In this document: piece after piece, positions 18,108-18,170 of the stretch
Layout of the letters: each line of letters starts with the position of its first letter
Position numbering within the stretch: the first letter of the stretch is position 1
DNA from: a virus
Lineage: Duplodnaviria; Heunggongvirae; Uroviricota; Caudoviricetes
DNA length: 18,170 nucleotides
Strand: one strand, 5' to 3'
Virus record (IMG/VR): IMGVR_UViG_2802429219_000014
The notes under the pieces: model-generated
What the model saw: only the letters and a program-made list of their open reading frames with translations
Database searches by the model: none
What the model was told of the DNA's origin: nothing
Program-made: the position numbers and the translations under genes

Positions 18108-18170
18108 ATGTCTAACACTAGTTCTAATTTTGAGATGGCTGGCGTTTTGTTAGGAAAAGAGGTGCGTAAA
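18108..18170 (+). CDS. 5' end of an ORF running off the window (MSNTSSNFEMAGVLLGKEVRK...)
   Basis: ATG at 18108 with an open frame to the window end; only 21 codons visible, no clear SD. Confidence 0.25.
   Translation, partial: MSNTSSNFEMAGVLLGKEVRK

Overview
The window reads as one lambdoid prophage, laid out integrase to lysis. No search was run: all names rest on remembered gene order, protein sizes and motifs. Bases 1-11314 match the E. coli Rac prophage early region in K-12 order (intR, xis, ydaC, ralR, recT, recE, racC, ydaE, kilR, sieB, ydaF, ydaG, racR, ydaS, ydaT, ydaU, ydaV, and an intact ydaW-like gene). Bases 11330-13455 are an accessory segment: a 138-aa winged-helix-like protein, a DUF208/QueH-like gene, a hok-family type I toxin locus and an AT-rich ORF-poor stretch. 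Bases 13456-14878 hold a nin/Q-like block, followed by a pR'/tR'-like unit, two tRNA genes (Thr-UGU, Gly-UCC) and about 770 nt of structured non-coding sequence. The lysis cassette (16167-18090) has a dual-start S21-like pinholin, a SAR endolysin and Rz/Rz1, with an extra gene and a convergent reverse-strand ORF sitting between holin and endolysin. The candidates most worth a second look are that interruption of the lysis cassette, the QueH-like gene, the hok locus and the structured RNA region after the tRNAs. No CRISPR array or IS element was seen.
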